Positions 20,107 to 30,339 of a stretch of DNA of 64,000 bases are shown here, in pieces (the stretch's first letter is position 1; every line of letters starts with the position of its first letter). This stretch comes from Candidatus Poribacteria bacterium. GTDB taxonomy: Bacteria > Poribacteria > WGA-4E > WGA-3G. The notes under the pieces were generated by a model. That model saw only the letters and a program-made list of their open reading frames with translations, had not been told where the DNA came from and did no database searches. The stretch lies in contig OZ243938.1 in NCBI GenBank assembly GCA_965214095.1, positions 576,001 through 640,000 on the forward strand, written 5' to 3'. The position numbers and the translations under genes were made by a program.

Positions 20107-22413
20107 ATGGAAATAGGACGTATCCGTTCCCTCCAAAGATTACTCCCAGACCTAAACATTAGTTACAGTGTCCACCTACGTCCTTATGTTCGCATAGTTG
20201 CAATATCGGCATTTTCATTAGCAATTGGAATAGGAATCGCACTACGCAACCATCTCAACTTTGAGTTTCATGACAGTTCAGGAGTAGTCGGTTGGATCAG
20301 TGTCCACCAGTATCCAAAACATCAAGAGTATTTCTACTATTTACTTGCTCTACTCGGAATACCGATCACCATTTGTGCCTATTGGTTCGTATGGCATACT
20401 TTCTCACAATGGGTGGCACAAGCAACCAAACAATCCCAACACAGAGTATTAAAGCTGAATGCCTTTGCATCAATTCCTTTGTGGTTGTGTTGGTTGCAGT
20501 TCCAAAACTATGCTGAAACTGATTATTTCTGGTTAATTCTACCCATAAGTTTATCACTAATCTTACATCTGATTCTATACTTGGTCAAGTATCAGTTTCT
20601 TCAAGCAAAACTGGATTCCGTATCATCTGAACCCTTAACCTTAATAGGTGGTACTACATCTACACAACCCAGCATTATCCTACTGATAAGACGTGCATGT
20701 AAATATATCATCATACCAATTTTTATCTATCTGCTCGTATATAATAGCGGCATAAATGGTAGAATCGATATGTTTCATGAGGGTGAAAGACTCGCGCCAC
20801 TGAATGAAATGCTACATGGGGGTGTCGTGTTCAAAGATGTCTATGTGCAGCATGGACTCTTCCAAAATGCATACTTAGCTTGGTTTGGCAGCAAAGTATT
20901 TGAGCCAACATTGATGGGTGTGCGTTCTATGGAACGCGTCTTGGGACCACTTGGATACATTGCCTTATACCTCCTCGGTCTACAAGTATTTCGTGGACGA
21001 TTTTTTACTGCTTTCTTATGTTTCCTGATAGTCTCTGGAAATAACTTCTCCATATCACCGAGACACTGCTTTGGTCTACTCAGTTTCACCTGTGTAGCAA
21101 ATTATCTCACATACAATAGAGATAAAGGGCTATTTGTAAGTTGGCAACGCACACCTTTTGATGAACGTAAATGGATTAGACATCTGTTCAAATTTGGGTG
21201 GAAACTGATTCTTGCAGGATTATTCACAAGCTTAGCATTTTGGTATAGCACGGAAGTCGGTCTTTATACACTCGGTGCAATCGGTCTGTTTTTATTCATT
21301 TACAGCCTACAACGTCGAATTCAGATGGAGATACGACCATTCCCGTTATCCAGTTATTGCTGCGGTCTACTGTTAGGTTTCCTCCCAGTTGCATTCTATT
21401 TTCTATCACACGGTGCATTTGATGATTTAATCTGGAATTCTTATATTCAGTGCAAATACCAACTTGCGACGTGGGGTCTCAAATACCCTTCACTTGCCAA
21501 CACACTGGCAATTATCTCAGATAGCGGATGGAAAGAATTCATTCTAAGCAATGGGTTTAGATGGTATCTTCCGATACTAATCTTTATGATTGCTGCGGGA
21601 TATCTTACATATCTGCGTTTGTGTAGAACAGACATCACACCTGAAGATACTATGAAACTTCTGTTGTTGTTACTTGGTGGCATCGCATTTTTCAGAACTG
21701 CACTTGGTAGATCAGACGGTGGTCATTTACATTTCGGATCAACATTCTTGTGGTTGCTCTGTTTATTCCCACTAGATAGAGGAATCTCTGGCATGATTGA
21801 TGGACTATTTACAGGTGAAGCAGTAGATGGTTTCCGTGAACGGTTGTCTCTACTCAAAGATAAAACACGTTGGCAACGAGTGTTGAAGTTGTCATGGATA
21901 CTTATACCAACAATAATGTGTATTTGGTATGTTGGGGCAGTTCATCACCCGTTGAAAGGATTAAGTAACAAGTGGAACAGAATGTTGGCAAACCAGTTTC
22001 AGACGAGAACTGCGCCTGCGGAATTGCAACGCGCAGGGAATGTTGATATTCCTGATGACCAAGTCGCACAGATACAGGAGGTGGTTACTTACATTCAGGA
22101 GAACACATCACCCGATGAGAAAATATTTGATTTTACAAGTCAAGGGGCATATTATTTCTTTGCAAACCGACCCAGTGTCACCCGATTCTATATGGTGTCT
22201 TACGCCGCAACGCCGGGGATGCAGCGAGAGGTAATTTCAGCACTTGAAAGCAATCAGACGCGTTTGGTGATATTCAAAACTGGGGGTTGGTTTGATAACG
22301 TGGATGGAGTACCAGTTGAGGAACGTCACCCGATAATTGCGGAATATTTAGATGAGCACTACGAACTCGATATCAATATAAACAATACCGAAATCCTGTT
22401 GCGAAAACAATAG
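20107..22413 (+). CDS. Large polytopic membrane protein, GT-C glycosyltransferase-like
   Basis: Many TM segments; DMFHEGE...G...KDVYVQHG loop; RSDGGH; C-terminal YYFFANRP domain. Confidence 0.6.
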   Translation: MEIGRIRSLQRLLPDLNISYSVHLRPYVRIVAISAFSLAIGIGIALRNHLNFEFHDSSGVVGWISVHQYPKHQEYFYYLLALLGIPITICAYWFVWHTFSQWVAQATKQSQHRVLKLNAFASIPLWLCWLQFQNYAETDYFWLILPISLSLILHLILYLVKYQFLQAKLDSVSSEPLTLIGGTTSTQPSIILLIRRACKYIIIPIFIYLLVYNSGINGRIDMFHEGERLAPLNEMLHGGVVFKDVYVQHGLFQNAYLAWFGSKVFEPTLMGVRSMERVLGPLGYIALYLLGLQVFRGRFFTAFLCFLIVSGNNFSISPRHCFGLLSFTCVANYLTYNRDKGLFVSWQRTPFDERKWIRHLFKFGWKLILAGLFTSLAFWYSTEVGLYTLGAIGLFLFIYSLQRRIQMEIRPFPLSSYCCGLLLGFLPVAFYFLSHGAFDDLIWNSYIQCKYQLATWGLKYPSLANTLAIISDSGWKEFILSNGFRWYLPILIFMIAAGYLTYLRLCRTDITPEDTMKLLLLLLGGIAFFRTALGRSDGGHLHFGSTFLWLLCLFPLDRGISGMIDGLFTGEAVDGFRERLSLLKDKTRWQRVLKLSWILIPTIMCIWYVGAVHHPLKGLSNKWNRMLANQFQTRTAPAELQRAGNVDIPDDQVAQIQEVVTYIQENTSPDEKIFDFTSQGAYYFFANRPSVTRFYMVSYAATPGMQREVISALESNQTRLVIFKTGGWFDNVDGVPVEERHPIIAEYLDEHYELDININNTEILLRKQ

Positions 22414-22476
22414 TAGAAAATATGTGGAATATCTGCTTATAGACTTACGCCACCTATGTAGCAACCACTATGTTCA

Positions 22477-23544
22477 TCAACCTTTATGTTGGTCTACAAA
22501 AATACGGTAAATGTCCTCAAATAATCTTACATCTGTTAATGTGTCTTCAGCAGAGGAACGGAATGGTTCTGGATTACGTAGGTTCTTGATAAAATACTCC
22601 GCTTCCCTGTGGTATGCCCACGTCCATGATGGTCTTGGAATCGGACGTGTAATTTCCTGTTCGTCTCCAGCCCTATAGATCTCAACTTCTGCAGGTGTGT
22701 TCTTCAATAACAACGGTGGTGCCCAAGTGTGAACCCATCCGTGTTGAAAATATATCTGTGAATGTTCATCCCAACGGTAGTGTGAAATGTGTCCTGTCTC
22801 CAGTGTCACTCGGATACCGTTCATATCAAGAATGACAACACCTGTATACCCGTTGTCATTCAGATCAACTGCTTTCACCGTGACATTGTCGCCAGCATCA
22901 AGAAACCACCGCATCAGATTAATATTGTGTGTATATTGTTGTAAGTATCCGATGTATGCTCCCCACCATTTTTCAGGTAGCCAATCAGGGAATTTCTGTG
23001 GTGCACTCGGTTTCGGTTCATCTGTATTATCCATCTGTGTATCAAGATTGCACACCCAATCGCCTCCAAAAGCGTGATTTCTGGCATAAGTCAAGCGACC
23101 CAGTTCCTCTGTTTCACGAAATTGTGTGATCTTTTCTTTGACAATCTCGTTGCCAGCATCGTATCGTTTCATATAGCCGACCATCAGCTTTTTTCCCGAT
23201 TCTCTTGACGCATCTACCATTTTTTGTGCTTGTTCTATGGAAATAGCCATCGGTTTTTCCATAAAGACATGTTTACCAGCAAGTAACAAATCTTTAGCGA
23301 TTTCTCCTTGTAAGGAAAAATCGGCTGAAACTGCTACAGCTTCAATTTCTGTATTTTGCGCGAGTTCTTGATGGTCTTTGTATAGGTGCGGAATACCAAA
23401 TCTACTTTGTACTTTCTTACCCAGATCAGTACGTATCTCAGCCAACCCGATGATTTCACATTCAGGAATGCTTGCAAAATTCGGGATATGCACCTTTTGC
23501 GCCATAAACCCACATCCAATATACCCGATTTTGACTTTTTCCAT
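22477..23544 (-). CDS. Gfo/Idh/MocA oxidoreductase
   Basis: IGCGFMA, GKHVFMEKP, VGYMKRYD. Confidence 0.9.
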   Translation of the reverse strand: MEKVKIGYIGCGFMAQKVHIPNFASIPECEIIGLAEIRTDLGKKVQSRFGIPHLYKDHQELAQNTEIEAVAVSADFSLQGEIAKDLLLAGKHVFMEKPMAISIEQAQKMVDASRESGKKLMVGYMKRYDAGNEIVKEKITQFRETEELGRLTYARNHAFGGDWVCNLDTQMDNTDEPKPSAPQKFPDWLPEKWWGAYIGYLQQYTHNINLMRWFLDAGDNVTVKAVDLNDNGYTGVVILDMNGIRVTLETGHISHYRWDEHSQIYFQHGWVHTWAPPLLLKNTPAEVEIYRAGDEQEITRPIPRPSWTWAYHREAEYFIKNLRNPEPFRSSAEDTLTDVRLFEDIYRIFVDQHKG

Positions 23545-23556
23545 TTGGTAGACTCC

Positions 23557-23988
23557 TTATTCCTTAGGCGATTCTATCTCTTCAATTGCAGTTTGTGCAC
23601 CTTGCCTCACAAGTGCCGAAGAGTCATTCTGAGCAAGTGCTTTTAGTCGTGTAAGACAATGTTCTGCTGCCAATTTTCCAAGCGCGACAGCAACAAAATA
23701 CCTCACGTCTGCGTCTTCATCGTCCAGTGCGTCAAGCAATGCATCAACATCTGAAGGACTTGCGATGTGTCGTTCAATGTCACCTATATTAATCAAAGCT
23801 TGTGCTGTAATCCGTCGAGTATGAATATCACCGTGTTTTAAAGAGGACAGCAATTCATCATTTCCATTGTTGATAGCAGACAAGTTATCCCAATCACAAT
23901 CTAAACAGAACCATGACTTTTCGTCTAACTTTTGCACATTAGCATGACCACATTGTGGACAAACTGCATACTCACTGGGTTGACTCAT
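23557..23988 (-). CDS. Zn-ribbon plus HEAT repeat protein
   Basis: CPQC...CLDC; LDDEDADVRYFVAVALG HEAT repeat. Confidence 0.78.
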   Translation of the reverse strand: MSQPSEYAVCPQCGHANVQKLDEKSWFCLDCDWDNLSAINNGNDELLSSLKHGDIHTRRITAQALINIGDIERHIASPSDVDALLDALDDEDADVRYFVAVALGKLAAEHCLTRLKALAQNDSSALVRQGAQTAIEEIESPKE

Positions 23989-24359
23989 GATGGTCCAATT
24001 GCCTCCATTTCAGGTAAATCTCTCCATATTTCTGGTCCCTCTGGTTTGAAATTTATAGTTGCGATGAACTGCATGCCGTGATAGAAATTGATCTTGAACT
24101 TACCACCACCAAAATGCTGTTTCAGATAGTCTAACGGAGCATCAATCAATGGACCCATTTCGTCCGCATAATAAAATGCAAGTGGTTTGAATCGCACTGT
24201 GTTTCCAACAGGTTCCTGCACTAAGAGTTGTGCGGAGGTTGCGGGAAATAGCACCTGAAAAGCATCCCACAAATCAGCGACTGTCGGATTCGGATTACCT
24301 ATACGCTTTTTGAAGTCGTTATCAAGATATTCAGAAAATGTGTTAAAAACCCAGTCCAT
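23985..24359 (-). CDS. Hypothetical protein
   Basis: 124-aa ORF translationally coupled (ATGA) to the HEAT gene. Confidence 0.7.
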   Translation of the reverse strand: MDWVFNTFSEYLDNDFKKRIGNPNPTVADLWDAFQVLFPATSAQLLVQEPVGNTVRFKPLAFYYADEMGPLIDAPLDYLKQHFGGGKFKINFYHGMQFIATINFKPEGPEIWRDLPEMEAIGPS

Positions 24360-24386
24360 AATGAAACCTTGTCAAGTAATAGCGAT

Positions 24387-24962
24387 TTATTGCTCTAAAT
24401 CCACGCGTCTATAAACTTCGTTTAAAGAAAGTTTGCATCCAATTGAGGAAAGTGTGAATGTCTCCTGAAGTTCTTGATATTCTTTTAATCTCCACTGAGT
24501 GCCTTGAATTCGATGATGTTCAACTTTAATCTTGTCTTGTGAAACGAGAATATATTCTTTTAAAGTGGCGATTTGTTTATAGTAATTGAACTTCTCTGTT
24601 CTGTCATATATCTCAGTTGAAGGTGAAAGCACCTCTATAATTACCACTGGGTTGAGAAGTGTATCAAAGGTATCATCCTCAAATTGTGATTCACCGCAGG
24701 CAATAACAACATCGGGATAGAAATATGATTCTGATTGACTTTCCTTGACACGCATGTCTCCTGAAAAAACTTCACAATCTCGGTCACGTAATTGGATATT
24801 TATCTCAGTTGCAATATCAAGTGTAATGTAATTATGTGCACGACTCGCACCCGACATTGCGAGTATCTCTCCTCTAAGATATTCACTCTTGAATGTTGCC
24901 TTGCGTTCTAAATATAGATATTCCTCAGGTGAATATATAGTTTGTGCTCCAAGAGATGACAT
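24387..24962 (-). CDS. Uma2 family endonuclease-fold protein
   Basis: EY..GEI.AM.GAS..H, YPDV, IEVLSPSTE.YDR. Confidence 0.9.
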   Translation of the reverse strand: MSSLGAQTIYSPEEYLYLERKATFKSEYLRGEILAMSGASRAHNYITLDIATEINIQLRDRDCEVFSGDMRVKESQSESYFYPDVVIACGESQFEDDTFDTLLNPVVIIEVLSPSTEIYDRTEKFNYYKQIATLKEYILVSQDKIKVEHHRIQGTQWRLKEYQELQETFTLSSIGCKLSLNEVYRRVDLEQ

Positions 24963-25103
24963 GGTTCCCTCCTTAAAGGATGATAATTTACATTACAAAT
25001 ATTCATTGAAACAACAGATAGAAATATTTTACATTCCAGGAGCCTTTAAGAAGTCCTTCCAATCAAAATCTGGCAGAGGGAACTCCTCTGTGGCTTTACA
25101 TTG

Positions 25104-25517
25104 TCAAAAGGTGGCGGCACTTTCAAAGAATTCTATATCAACACGTTCAATCTCTGCTGAACGTGCATTTTCAGCAACGCGTTGAACAACCATCTCTCGG
25201 ACAAACGGAATAGGAATACGTTTGACGCGGTGAACAACTTCCTCTGTGCATGGAACATTTGTGTTGTCAAGGTAAGGTCCATCATGTAACGGTGTTTCTG
25301 CAGGATGATCGCATGTCTCAGGAACAAGTTGCTGTAATCGCATTGAAACGTAATCTGTGACCCACTGTTGAAATTTTTCAGTGTTTTCAGTTTCAGGAAC
25401 ACTTGGTTGATTCGTCTGATCTAACTTTTCATTTATGTTGACAAGTAGGTTTTCTAATCGTCCCAATCGGTCTTCCACATTTGTGAGACGTTCTTGAACT
25501 TTCGTTTGATCGCTCAT
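25104..25517 (-). CDS. Coiled-coil plus PCP_red-like domain protein
   Basis: C-terminal TEEVVHRVKRIPIPFVREMVVQRVAENAR...VDIEFF. Confidence 0.7.
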   Translation of the reverse strand: MSDQTKVQERLTNVEDRLGRLENLLVNINEKLDQTNQPSVPETENTEKFQQWVTDYVSMRLQQLVPETCDHPAETPLHDGPYLDNTNVPCTEEVVHRVKRIPIPFVREMVVQRVAENARSAEIERVDIEFFESAATF

Positions 25518-25526
25518 GTTTCCTCC

Positions 25527-26246
25527 TTAGATTGTCCAATATTTCCATAGATCTTCCGGAATTTCGTATCTTATCTCTTCACGACGTTTATGATGATAGC
25601 GTGCAAATAGCCCAACTCGTGGGATGTCTCTGATATTGCCTGAACCTGTATGACACAAATATGCATGCCATAGCACGACATCACCCGCAGCTCCGATAAA
25701 CTCACGTGCTCCTTCTGGTGATGAATCAGAAAAAATATTCCAACCCCATCCCTCAATATCTCTAAAACTTCCATCAACCTGTTCAGGATATTTTAGGAAA
25801 TATTTGTGTGTTGTCCGATGGCTTTTTGGCCAAAACACGAAAGCACCACCACCCGGTTCAACATCATATAGATATGTGGTTGCACCCATCATGAATGGAC
25901 TCCAACCACCGGGACCGTAAGCATCAATGTGTCCGCTTCCAGGCAATGACCATTCTGCATCTGGGTTTGGCCATTTGACGAGAGGAGAACCCCCTCCGCC
26001 TGTAAATTCGCCTCCACTAAATTGCTGTATTATCGCTTGCATCTCCGGTAAATGTCCAAAGTTTGGAGAAAAACCGAAGTTTTCTACAACATAATTATCT
26101 GGCCATGTCTCTGGTGTTTCTAAACTGGAATTGAAATGCTTCCAAATCTGTTCACGCCAACCATTAATGACTTCTGTATCAATTAAGTTTTTAATAACCA
26201 GGTATCCGTTCTCTTGAAAAAACTCAACCTGTTTAGGTGCTAACAT
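25527..26246 (-). CDS. Phytanoyl-CoA dioxygenase (PhyH) family
   Basis: FFQENGYLV, GHIDAY (HxD), PKSH, AGDVVLWHAYLCH; start at ATG 26246. Confidence 0.85.
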   Translation of the reverse strand: MLAPKQVEFFQENGYLVIKNLIDTEVINGWREQIWKHFNSSLETPETWPDNYVVENFGFSPNFGHLPEMQAIIQQFSGGEFTGGGGSPLVKWPNPDAEWSLPGSGHIDAYGPGGWSPFMMGATTYLYDVEPGGGAFVFWPKSHRTTHKYFLKYPEQVDGSFRDIEGWGWNIFSDSSPEGAREFIGAAGDVVLWHAYLCHTGSGNIRDIPRVGLFARYHHKRREEIRYEIPEDLWKYWTI

Positions 26247-26313
26247 AAAAGTTTCCTCTATCGTCAAATGTTGTATTCGGGTAAAAGTCACTCCTACAGA
26301 AGAAATTACATAT

Positions 26314-27618
26314 CTAACTCTTAGGTCTGAAAGAGGGAATACCAGTCTTATCAAATCTGGATTTGACTGATTTCATAATTTCTGGAGTAATTTCCTGATA
26401 TCCGTGTTCACGCGCATATGTTTCAACACTCTTGACAACCATGCCACGCGCAAACGATGGCACACGTTTCAGTCTTTCTTCTGCAGCATCATTCCAAAGT
26501 AAATCGTAATCGGGTTCTGTGCCAAACGCTGTTCGTTTCTCAAGTTGTATAGGTTTATTGTCTCTTTGTCCTGGTTGGTATTCGCAAGATTCATCTGCTG
26601 CGAGATAGTTGCCAGTGGTAGCATAGGCACGTGCCCTACAACCACCGCATACTTCTTTAAATTCACATACCCCACATTTTCCCTCAAGCAAGTTCCGATT
26701 TCGTAATTCATCAAATGTTTCCGATTCATTCCACAGCTTGGAAAAACTTTCATCTTTAAGATTTCCAACGCTGACGGGAAGGTATGGACAAGGAGTCAAT
26801 TCACCTTCAGGACTAATGCGACAATAGTAGATACCACATGGACATGTGCCACTTGGATATCCCTGAAGGAATGCTGAGTCGGACTGCTGTTCATAAATGA
26901 CACGTTTGTAATGTGGTGCACATTTGGACGCAATAAGCATCTTCCCAATATAATCTTTCTGTAGTTTGAACATAGTATCCAGCATGTTCTCATATTGTTC
27001 TGGCGAGATGTCCATTACAGTCTTTCCTCTGCCTGTTCGGACGAGAAAATACAGATTTAGCACCTTTGCCCCTAACTGATATGCGAACTCAACGATCTTA
27101 GGAATTTCATCATAGTTCCACTGCGTAACTGATGTCTGTATAAGAAAATCAAGATGTGCGCGTTTAAGGGATTCTACCCCATTCATTGTCGCCTGCCATG
27201 CTCCCGGCATGCCACGAAACTTGTCATGTTCAGACGGTCGGATAGAATCTATACTTAATCCCGCTCCGGTTACACCGTGTTTTTGCATCTGCTCTACTAC
27301 ATCGTCATTGAGTAGCACACCGTTAGTTCCCATCACAACAAGAAAACCCGTATCCGATGCATATTTTGAAATCTCAAGAATATCTGGACGCAGCAACGGT
27401 TCCCCACCTGTAAGTATCAATAGGATATGAGGATTGATTTCCGCAATCTCATCAATAACGCGAAAGCATTCTGATTGTGTTAACTCAGATTCTCTGTGAT
27501 ACCCGTGCGGGAACTCGTCTGTGTCTACGAAACCCGCTGGTAGATAGCAGTGCATACATTTCAGATTACATAATCTGGTGATATTCCATGAGACTGCTTG
27601 AACTTTTGTTTTTTCCAT
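26314..27618 (-). CDS. Radical SAM/SPASM protein (AhbD/NirJ-like) with C-terminal PCP_red-like domain
   Basis: CNLKCMHC, TGGEPLLR, KCAPHY, SPASM GKCGVC...CGGCRARA; tail WNDAAEERLKRVPSFARGMV. Confidence 0.85.
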   Translation of the reverse strand: MEKTKVQAVSWNITRLCNLKCMHCYLPAGFVDTDEFPHGYHRESELTQSECFRVIDEIAEINPHILLILTGGEPLLRPDILEISKYASDTGFLVVMGTNGVLLNDDVVEQMQKHGVTGAGLSIDSIRPSEHDKFRGMPGAWQATMNGVESLKRAHLDFLIQTSVTQWNYDEIPKIVEFAYQLGAKVLNLYFLVRTGRGKTVMDISPEQYENMLDTMFKLQKDYIGKMLIASKCAPHYKRVIYEQQSDSAFLQGYPSGTCPCGIYYCRISPEGELTPCPYLPVSVGNLKDESFSKLWNESETFDELRNRNLLEGKCGVCEFKEVCGGCRARAYATTGNYLAADESCEYQPGQRDNKPIQLEKRTAFGTEPDYDLLWNDAAEERLKRVPSFARGMVVKSVETYAREHGYQEITPEIMKSVKSRFDKTGIPSFRPKS

Positions 27619-28077
27619 TTAATTTCTCAGTAGCAATGAAAGAGCAAAAACAACTGAACCCGATAACAGTGTTAGATATCCAAGAACATTGACATGTGTA
27701 GGTACAGTGATTGAACTGTCAGGCTCCACTGCTTCAAGGTGTTTGCGATATAATGAACTGTATAATCCCCAGCAAAGTGCCATAATGCCAAATGCTGCCA
27801 ATTTTGCTGCAGAATATATCATATACTCCGATTCTACTTGCATATTATTATTCCACGCAACAATGAAAATTACAATACCACCTGTCAATAGAATGATGTT
27901 TATTGTCAATCGCATTGCACCTTGAAAGCGATTGTGAATGTCTAACAACACATTTGCTTGGAGTTTTTTCTGGCCTAAAGGTATTGCTATGAAAGAATAA
28001 AAGAACACGCCTCCGAACCATAAGATTGCTGCGATTAGATGTATACATCGGAGGGAAAGTTCAACGACTTGGCGCAT
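27619..28077 (-). CDS. CopD/DUF4149-like four-TM membrane protein
   Basis: IHLIAAILWFGGVFF motif; 4 TMs. Confidence 0.65.
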   Translation of the reverse strand: MRQVVELSLRCIHLIAAILWFGGVFFYSFIAIPLGQKKLQANVLLDIHNRFQGAMRLTINIILLTGGIVIFIVAWNNNMQVESEYMIYSAAKLAAFGIMALCWGLYSSLYRKHLEAVEPDSSITVPTHVNVLGYLTLLSGSVVFALSLLLRN

Positions 28078-28119
28078 TGGTTGATATTGACTGGCTTATC
28101 CTTTTTATATTATATGAGA

Positions 28120-28434
28120 TTATACATCATCACATCTCTCATAAAAACTAACCCCATGAAGTTCAATTTGTGCTACCATATCTGGATTTCCTATTTTACT
28201 AAAATCGGATATGTCAATTGTATAGGGTAGAAGCAGATCATCAAGATCAAAGTCAATTTTAGTGAGTACGCTGTGTGTTAATCCTTCACCACAGAATGTT
28301 AGGTCAATGTCAGAGCCGTTTCGATATGTACCCGTTGCACGTGATCCATACAAAATTGCTTTATAAATCTGTGGATACTTTTGAAAGACACTATGTATTT
28401 TTTCAATAGTGCTGTCTGATAATCCGTATTTCAT
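28120..28434 (-). CDS. Minimal nucleotidyltransferase (MNT) antitoxin
   Basis: LYGSRATG...SDIDL...LPYTIDI. Confidence 0.88.
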   Translation of the reverse strand: MKYGLSDSTIEKIHSVFQKYPQIYKAILYGSRATGTYRNGSDIDLTFCGEGLTHSVLTKIDFDLDDLLLPYTIDISDFSKIGNPDMVAQIELHGVSFYERCDDV

Positions 28435-28439
28435 AAAAA

Positions 28440-28853
28440 CTATTCCTGTTCAAGTTGTTTTAATCTTGCTAACAACGTCTCAAACTCAGAGTAATAAATA
28501 TTGAGAATTGCCAATACCACCTCTTCTGCGGTATCTTCATTATATGTATGGGTTGTTAGATTACGATGTCGTATCATATCCATCCAGGCTTCTCCATTTT
28601 CGATTATTCCTTCTTTGAATGCTGCACGTGTTGTATCGCGAGAACCATAAAGTTTGAAATCTTGTGATTGAAGAAAATCCTTGAGGGTATTCCATGCTAA
28701 TTCATGAGTATATACAAATCCTTGTATCAAACCCTGGGCTTCTAAATCAGAGAGTTCCCGTTTCTTAGCAAGGTCTACAGCTTCCTTTAGTCGAGAAAAC
28801 GCTTTACGAAAACTATCAGCTCTCTGTTTCCAGCGGTTGGTAGGAAGGTTCAT
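28440..28853 (-). CDS. HEPN (HI0074-type) nucleotidyltransferase substrate-binding protein/toxin
   Basis: GLIQ..YTHELAW, RNLTTH (RX4H) followed by TYNE. Confidence 0.88.
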   Translation of the reverse strand: MNLPTNRWKQRADSFRKAFSRLKEAVDLAKKRELSDLEAQGLIQGFVYTHELAWNTLKDFLQSQDFKLYGSRDTTRAAFKEGIIENGEAWMDMIRHRNLTTHTYNEDTAEEVVLAILNIYYSEFETLLARLKQLEQE

Positions 28854-28911
28854 TGTGTACTCACATTTTATCTAAAATGAAACTGTATAGGATTTGAATA
28901 AGCGTTTAGAA

Positions 28912-29430
28912 CTACATTGGAAAGTTTCCGCGTGCTGCATCCATTACTTCAGCAGTAATTTCAGTATGTCCATTGTCTTTGGCAAAACCTTCAATTCCCA
29001 TTTTCGCCATCGGACGCACAAAACTTGGGATTCGCTCTAACCGTTCCAATGCTTCTGGAGTCCATTTTACTCCATCAGGTTCTGGTTCTGCTTGCTCCTC
29101 AAAAGCATCCGAGATAACTGAGGTAAAGGGACATTTACCGCCTTCTTCTGATTTGCTTATGTCTGTGTCAAAGGTAGTATCAGTCATCATATCTGGTTTA
29201 GAGGTCTCTAACTGTGAACGTATCAACTGCATTGGTTGAGCTGCAGCGTTACTTCCCCCGAGTTTCAGGTCTAAGGATTTCAACATCTGTGTTTCTGAAG
29301 GGTTTAGGAACATAGCAATCTCAGTGAAACACTCTGGACACTCAAATACTGCGGTGACAGATCCCTGTTCAGGTTGGGTTACGTCTTTGAATTTCATTGC
29401 CGTGTCGCAGTCTATACATAGGAATTTCAT
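28912..29430 (-). CDS. Zn-ribbon plus PCP_red-like domain protein
   Basis: CIDC...CPEC, GKCPF, WTPEALERLERIPSFVRPMAK. Confidence 0.78.
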   Translation of the reverse strand: MKFLCIDCDTAMKFKDVTQPEQGSVTAVFECPECFTEIAMFLNPSETQMLKSLDLKLGGSNAAAQPMQLIRSQLETSKPDMMTDTTFDTDISKSEEGGKCPFTSVISDAFEEQAEPEPDGVKWTPEALERLERIPSFVRPMAKMGIEGFAKDNGHTEITAEVMDAARGNFPM

Positions 29431-29466
29431 CTTCTCACTCCATTATTCTCTATAAATGCTAAAAAA

Positions 29467-30339
29467 CTAAATTTTGAAGAAATCTTGTATCTTCTGAGAT
29501 ACCTCTGATATGGATTTACTTGCTAAAGATTTCGGGTATTCGTGGACATAAGGTGTACCGTTGTCGTTACATAAAGACAACTTTGGATCGAAAGGTATCT
29601 TTCCAAGGAGCATTTGCTGAAACGATGTATCATCAGCAGAAAAGAGTTGTTCGTGTTCACCGCAGTGCTGGCATACATAGAATGCCATATTTTCAACAAC
29701 TCCAATGATTGGCACGTTGAGTATGTCACTTGCCATAGAAATAGATTTCTTTACGATCAGGTTTGACACATCGGAAGGAATGGTTACAACGACGACACCA
29801 CCGAGATTTGGAATGAGTTCAACAACATTTGGTAAACGATCAGAACCTGGTGGCAGATCAAGCAGTAGAAAATCTAACGCTCCCCAATCAGTGTCACCGA
29901 TAAACTCCCTTAATGCTCCTACTTCCATAGTGCTACGCCATGTGAATGCATCCTTTTGGGTGTGCGCGTTCCATAATACTGGTGCATCATCGTCTGATAG
30001 GAGTAGATCCATTGAAATGACTTTTGTACCGAGTGATGTTATAGCCGGTTTGACACCAGATTCAACATACTCAAGCGAGGTGTTTCGAACACCCATCATT
30101 TTGGCGATCGTAGGTCCGTTGATATCAGCATCAACAACACCGACAGCAAAACCAGATAATGTTAGGGCAGTCGCAAGGTTTACCGTTACAGCACTCTTTC
30201 CGACTCCTCCTTTTCCACTCATAATTGTGATGGTATGTTTCACCGATGCCAGGCGCGTACTGATTCGGTTCGCTTGTGCGGTGACTTGTCCAATTATGTT
30301 AGAACCTGCATCCTTTGGGAGTTCCTCGTAAGTTTTCAT
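29467..30339 (-). CDS. mrp: Mrp/NBP35/ApbC Fe-S carrier P-loop ATPase
   Basis: SGKGGVGKS, DADINGP, DLPPG, VENMA..CQHC. Confidence 0.88.
   Translation of the reverse strand: MKTYEELPKDAGSNIIGQVTAQANRISTRLASVKHTITIMSGKGGVGKSAVTVNLATALTLSGFAVGVVDADINGPTIAKMMGVRNTSLEYVESGVKPAITSLGTKVISMDLLLSDDDAPVLWNAHTQKDAFTWRSTMEVGALREFIGDTDWGALDFLLLDLPPGSDRLPNVVELIPNLGGVVVVTIPSDVSNLIVKKSISMASDILNVPIIGVVENMAFYVCQHCGEHEQLFSADDTSFQQMLLGKIPFDPKLSLCNDNGTPYVHEYPKSLASKSISEVSQKIQDFFKI

Noticed and set aside
29705-30331. Long antisense ORFs (e.g. 29705-30331, 48501-49097, 48064-48546, 54256-54720)
   Set aside because: They are shadows of well-supported minus-strand genes, with no recognisable motifs.
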